DNA from: Thermoanaerobaculia bacterium
Lineage (GTDB): Bacteria > Acidobacteriota > Thermoanaerobaculia > Gp7-AA8
Assembly (NCBI GenBank): GCA_036261885.1
Contig: DATAJY010000015.1
Span: forward strand, 274,877 to 338,876
DNA length: 64,000 nucleotides
Direction of reading: 5' to 3'
Shown: piece after piece, positions 62,529 through 64,000 of the stretch
Position numbering within the stretch: position 1 is the first letter of the stretch
How the letters are laid out: every line of letters starts with the position of its first letter
Program-made: the position numbers and the translations under genes
The notes under the pieces: model-generated
Databases searched by the model: none
The model's input: only the letters and a program-made list of their open reading frames with translations
Told to the model about the DNA's origin: nothing

Positions 62529-64000
62529 ATGACGACCATTGGCGTCGATAAGGCCACGGAGTATGGGCCGAAAGACTTCGAGCGTTTGCTCTTGCGCGCG
62601 CTCACTTCGATGAAGAAGGGCGACTTTTCCGTTCGCATGCCGGTCGAGTTCACCGGCGTGCATGGAAAAATTGCCGACACGCTGAACGACATCCTCGACC
62701 TCAACGAACGCACGGCCGACGAGATCGAACGGATCTCCACCGTGGTCGGCAAGGAGGGCAAGCTCAATCAGCGCGCCCAGATCCCCGGCAGCGGCGGGCA
62801 GTGGGCCGTGATCAATGAGTCGGTGAACAACCTGATCACCGATCTCGTGCAGCCGACCAACGAAATCGCGCGCGTCATCGGCGCGGTGGCGAAGGGCGAT
62901 CTCACGCGCACGATGGCCATCGAGTTCGACGGCCGTCCGTTGAAGGGCGAGTTCCTGCGCACCGCGAAGACCGTCAACACGATGGTCGCGCAGCTCGCGT
63001 CGTTCGCCTCCGAGGTCACGCGCGTGGCGCGCGAAGTCGGCACCGAAGGAAAGCTCGGCGGACAGGCGGACGTCAAAGGCGTCTCCGGTACGTGGAAAGA
63101 CTTGACGGAGTCCGTCAACATGATGGCCTCCAACCTGACGGCGCAGGTCCGCAACATCGCCGACGTCACCACCGCCGTCGCCAACGGCGACCTCTCGAAG
63201 AAGATCACCGTCGAAGTGCGCGGCGAAATCCTCGAGCTGAAGAACACGATCAACGTCATGGTCGATCAGCTCCGCTCGTTCGCCTCGGAAGTCACGCGCG
63301 TCGCCCGCGAAGTCGGCTCGGAAGGAAAGCTCGGCGGCCAGGCCGACGTGCAGGGCGTCAGCGGCACGTGGCGCGATCTCACCGACTCCGTGAACTACAT
63401 GGCCGCGAACCTCACGAATCAGGTTCGCAACATCGCCCAGGTCACCACCGCCGTCGCGAACGGCGATCTCTCGAAACAGATCACGGTCGAAGCGCGCGGC
63501 GAGATCCTCGAGCTGAAGGACACCATCAACACGATGGTCGATCAGCTCCGCTCGTTCGCCTCCGAGGTCACGCGCGTGGCGCGCGAAGTCGGCACCGAAG
63601 GAAAGCTCGGCGGCCAGGCGGAAGTGAAAGGCGTCTCCGGTACGTGGAAAGACTTGACCGATTCGGTCAACTACATGGCCGCGAACCTCACCTCGCAGGT
63701 GCGCAACATCGCCGAGGTCACGACCGCGGTCGCGAACGGCGACCTGTCGAAGAAGATCACCGCCGAAGCGCTCGGCGAAATCCTCGAGCTGAAGAACACC
63801 ATCAACACGATGGTCGATCAGCTTCGTGCGTTCGCCTCCGAAGTCACGCGCGTGGCGCGTGAGGTCGGCACGGAAGGACGGCTCGGCGGCCAGGCCGAAG
63901 TGCCCGGCGTCGCCGGCACGTGGAAAGACCTCACCGACTCGGTCAATGCGATGGCCGGCAATTTGACGGCGCAGGTTCGCAACATCGCGGAAGTCACCAC
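62529..64000 (+). CDS. Poly-HAMP signalling protein (probable sensor kinase N-terminal region), 3'-truncated by window end
   Basis: ATG 62529 ([38 protein letters not shown]). At least five tandem ~92-aa HAMP units (...[28 protein letters not shown][DE][39 protein letters not shown]...). No stop in window. The minus-strand ORFs 62768..63259 and 63818..64000 are shadows. Confidence 0.85.
   Translation, partial: MTTIGVDKATEYGPKDFERLLLRALTSMKKGDFSVRMPVEFTGVHGKIADTLNDILDLNERTADEIERISTVVGKEGKLNQRAQIPGSGGQWAVINESVNNLITDLVQPTNEIARVIGAVAKGDLTRTMAIEFDGRPLKGEFLRTAKTVNTMVAQLASFASEVTRVAREVGTEGKLGGQADVKGVSGTWKDLTESVNMMASNLTAQVRNIADVTTAVANGDLSKKITVEVRGEILELKNTINVMVDQLRSFASEVTRVAREVGSEGKLGGQADVQGVSGTWRDLTDSVNYMAANLTNQVRNIAQVTTAVANGDLSKQITVEARGEILELKDTINTMVDQLRSFASEVTRVAREVGTEGKLGGQAEVKGVSGTWKDLTDSVNYMAANLTSQVRNIAEVTTAVANGDLSKKITAEALGEILELKNTINTMVDQLRAFASEVTRVAREVGTEGRLGGQAEVPGVAGTWKDLTDSVNAMAGNLTAQVRNIAEVT

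Noticed and set aside
1-64000. rRNA/tRNA genes, IS elements, integrases
   Set aside because: No recognisable tRNA-like, rRNA-like or transposase/integrase-like sequences were seen. The mobile-like signals are limited to the two short repeat families.

Overview
High-GC (~68-70%) bacterial chromosomal segment with an Acidobacteria/Gemmatimonadota-like gene repertoire. High GC throws up many long, Arg/Asp/Gly-rich shadow ORFs on the antisense strand or in wrong frames; I rejected these and called genes from recognisable motifs. The first ~24 kb is mostly on the minus strand. It holds two paralogous beta-propeller sensor genes (one GGDEF), glycerol kinase, three SAM-methyltransferases, a 1366-aa DUF3857/transglutaminase/TPR protein, and an NfeD-flotillin-1713-aa AAA+ protein operon. 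The 24-32 kb region is a signalling island: two LytS/LytTR two-component pairs flank a Ser/Thr kinase coupled to a LysM/FecR/beta-helix protein. Housekeeping-type genes follow (esterase, S41 peptidase, MFS, MacA/FtsX efflux), then a 1988-aa beta-helix/Calx-beta giant secreted protein. The most unusual part is 46.0-61.1 kb. It is a tightly translationally coupled nine-gene plus-strand operon. It combines two paralogous zinc-ribbon small GTPases (G1/G3/G4 motifs intact), large helical partner proteins, a 919-aa SEDS (RodA/FtsW)-like polytopic protein with a long N-terminal extension, a 972-aa class-B PBP-like transpeptidase (SxxK/SxN/KTG), and a small TIR-like Cys-rich protein. I could not match this architecture to any described system. 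The window ends in a poly-HAMP sensor gene. Two short intergenic inverted-repeat families (CGGTAGTCGG-type and GAGGATTGAGGAT-type) each recur at two loci. No rRNA, tRNA, CRISPR or obvious IS/transposase genes were seen.
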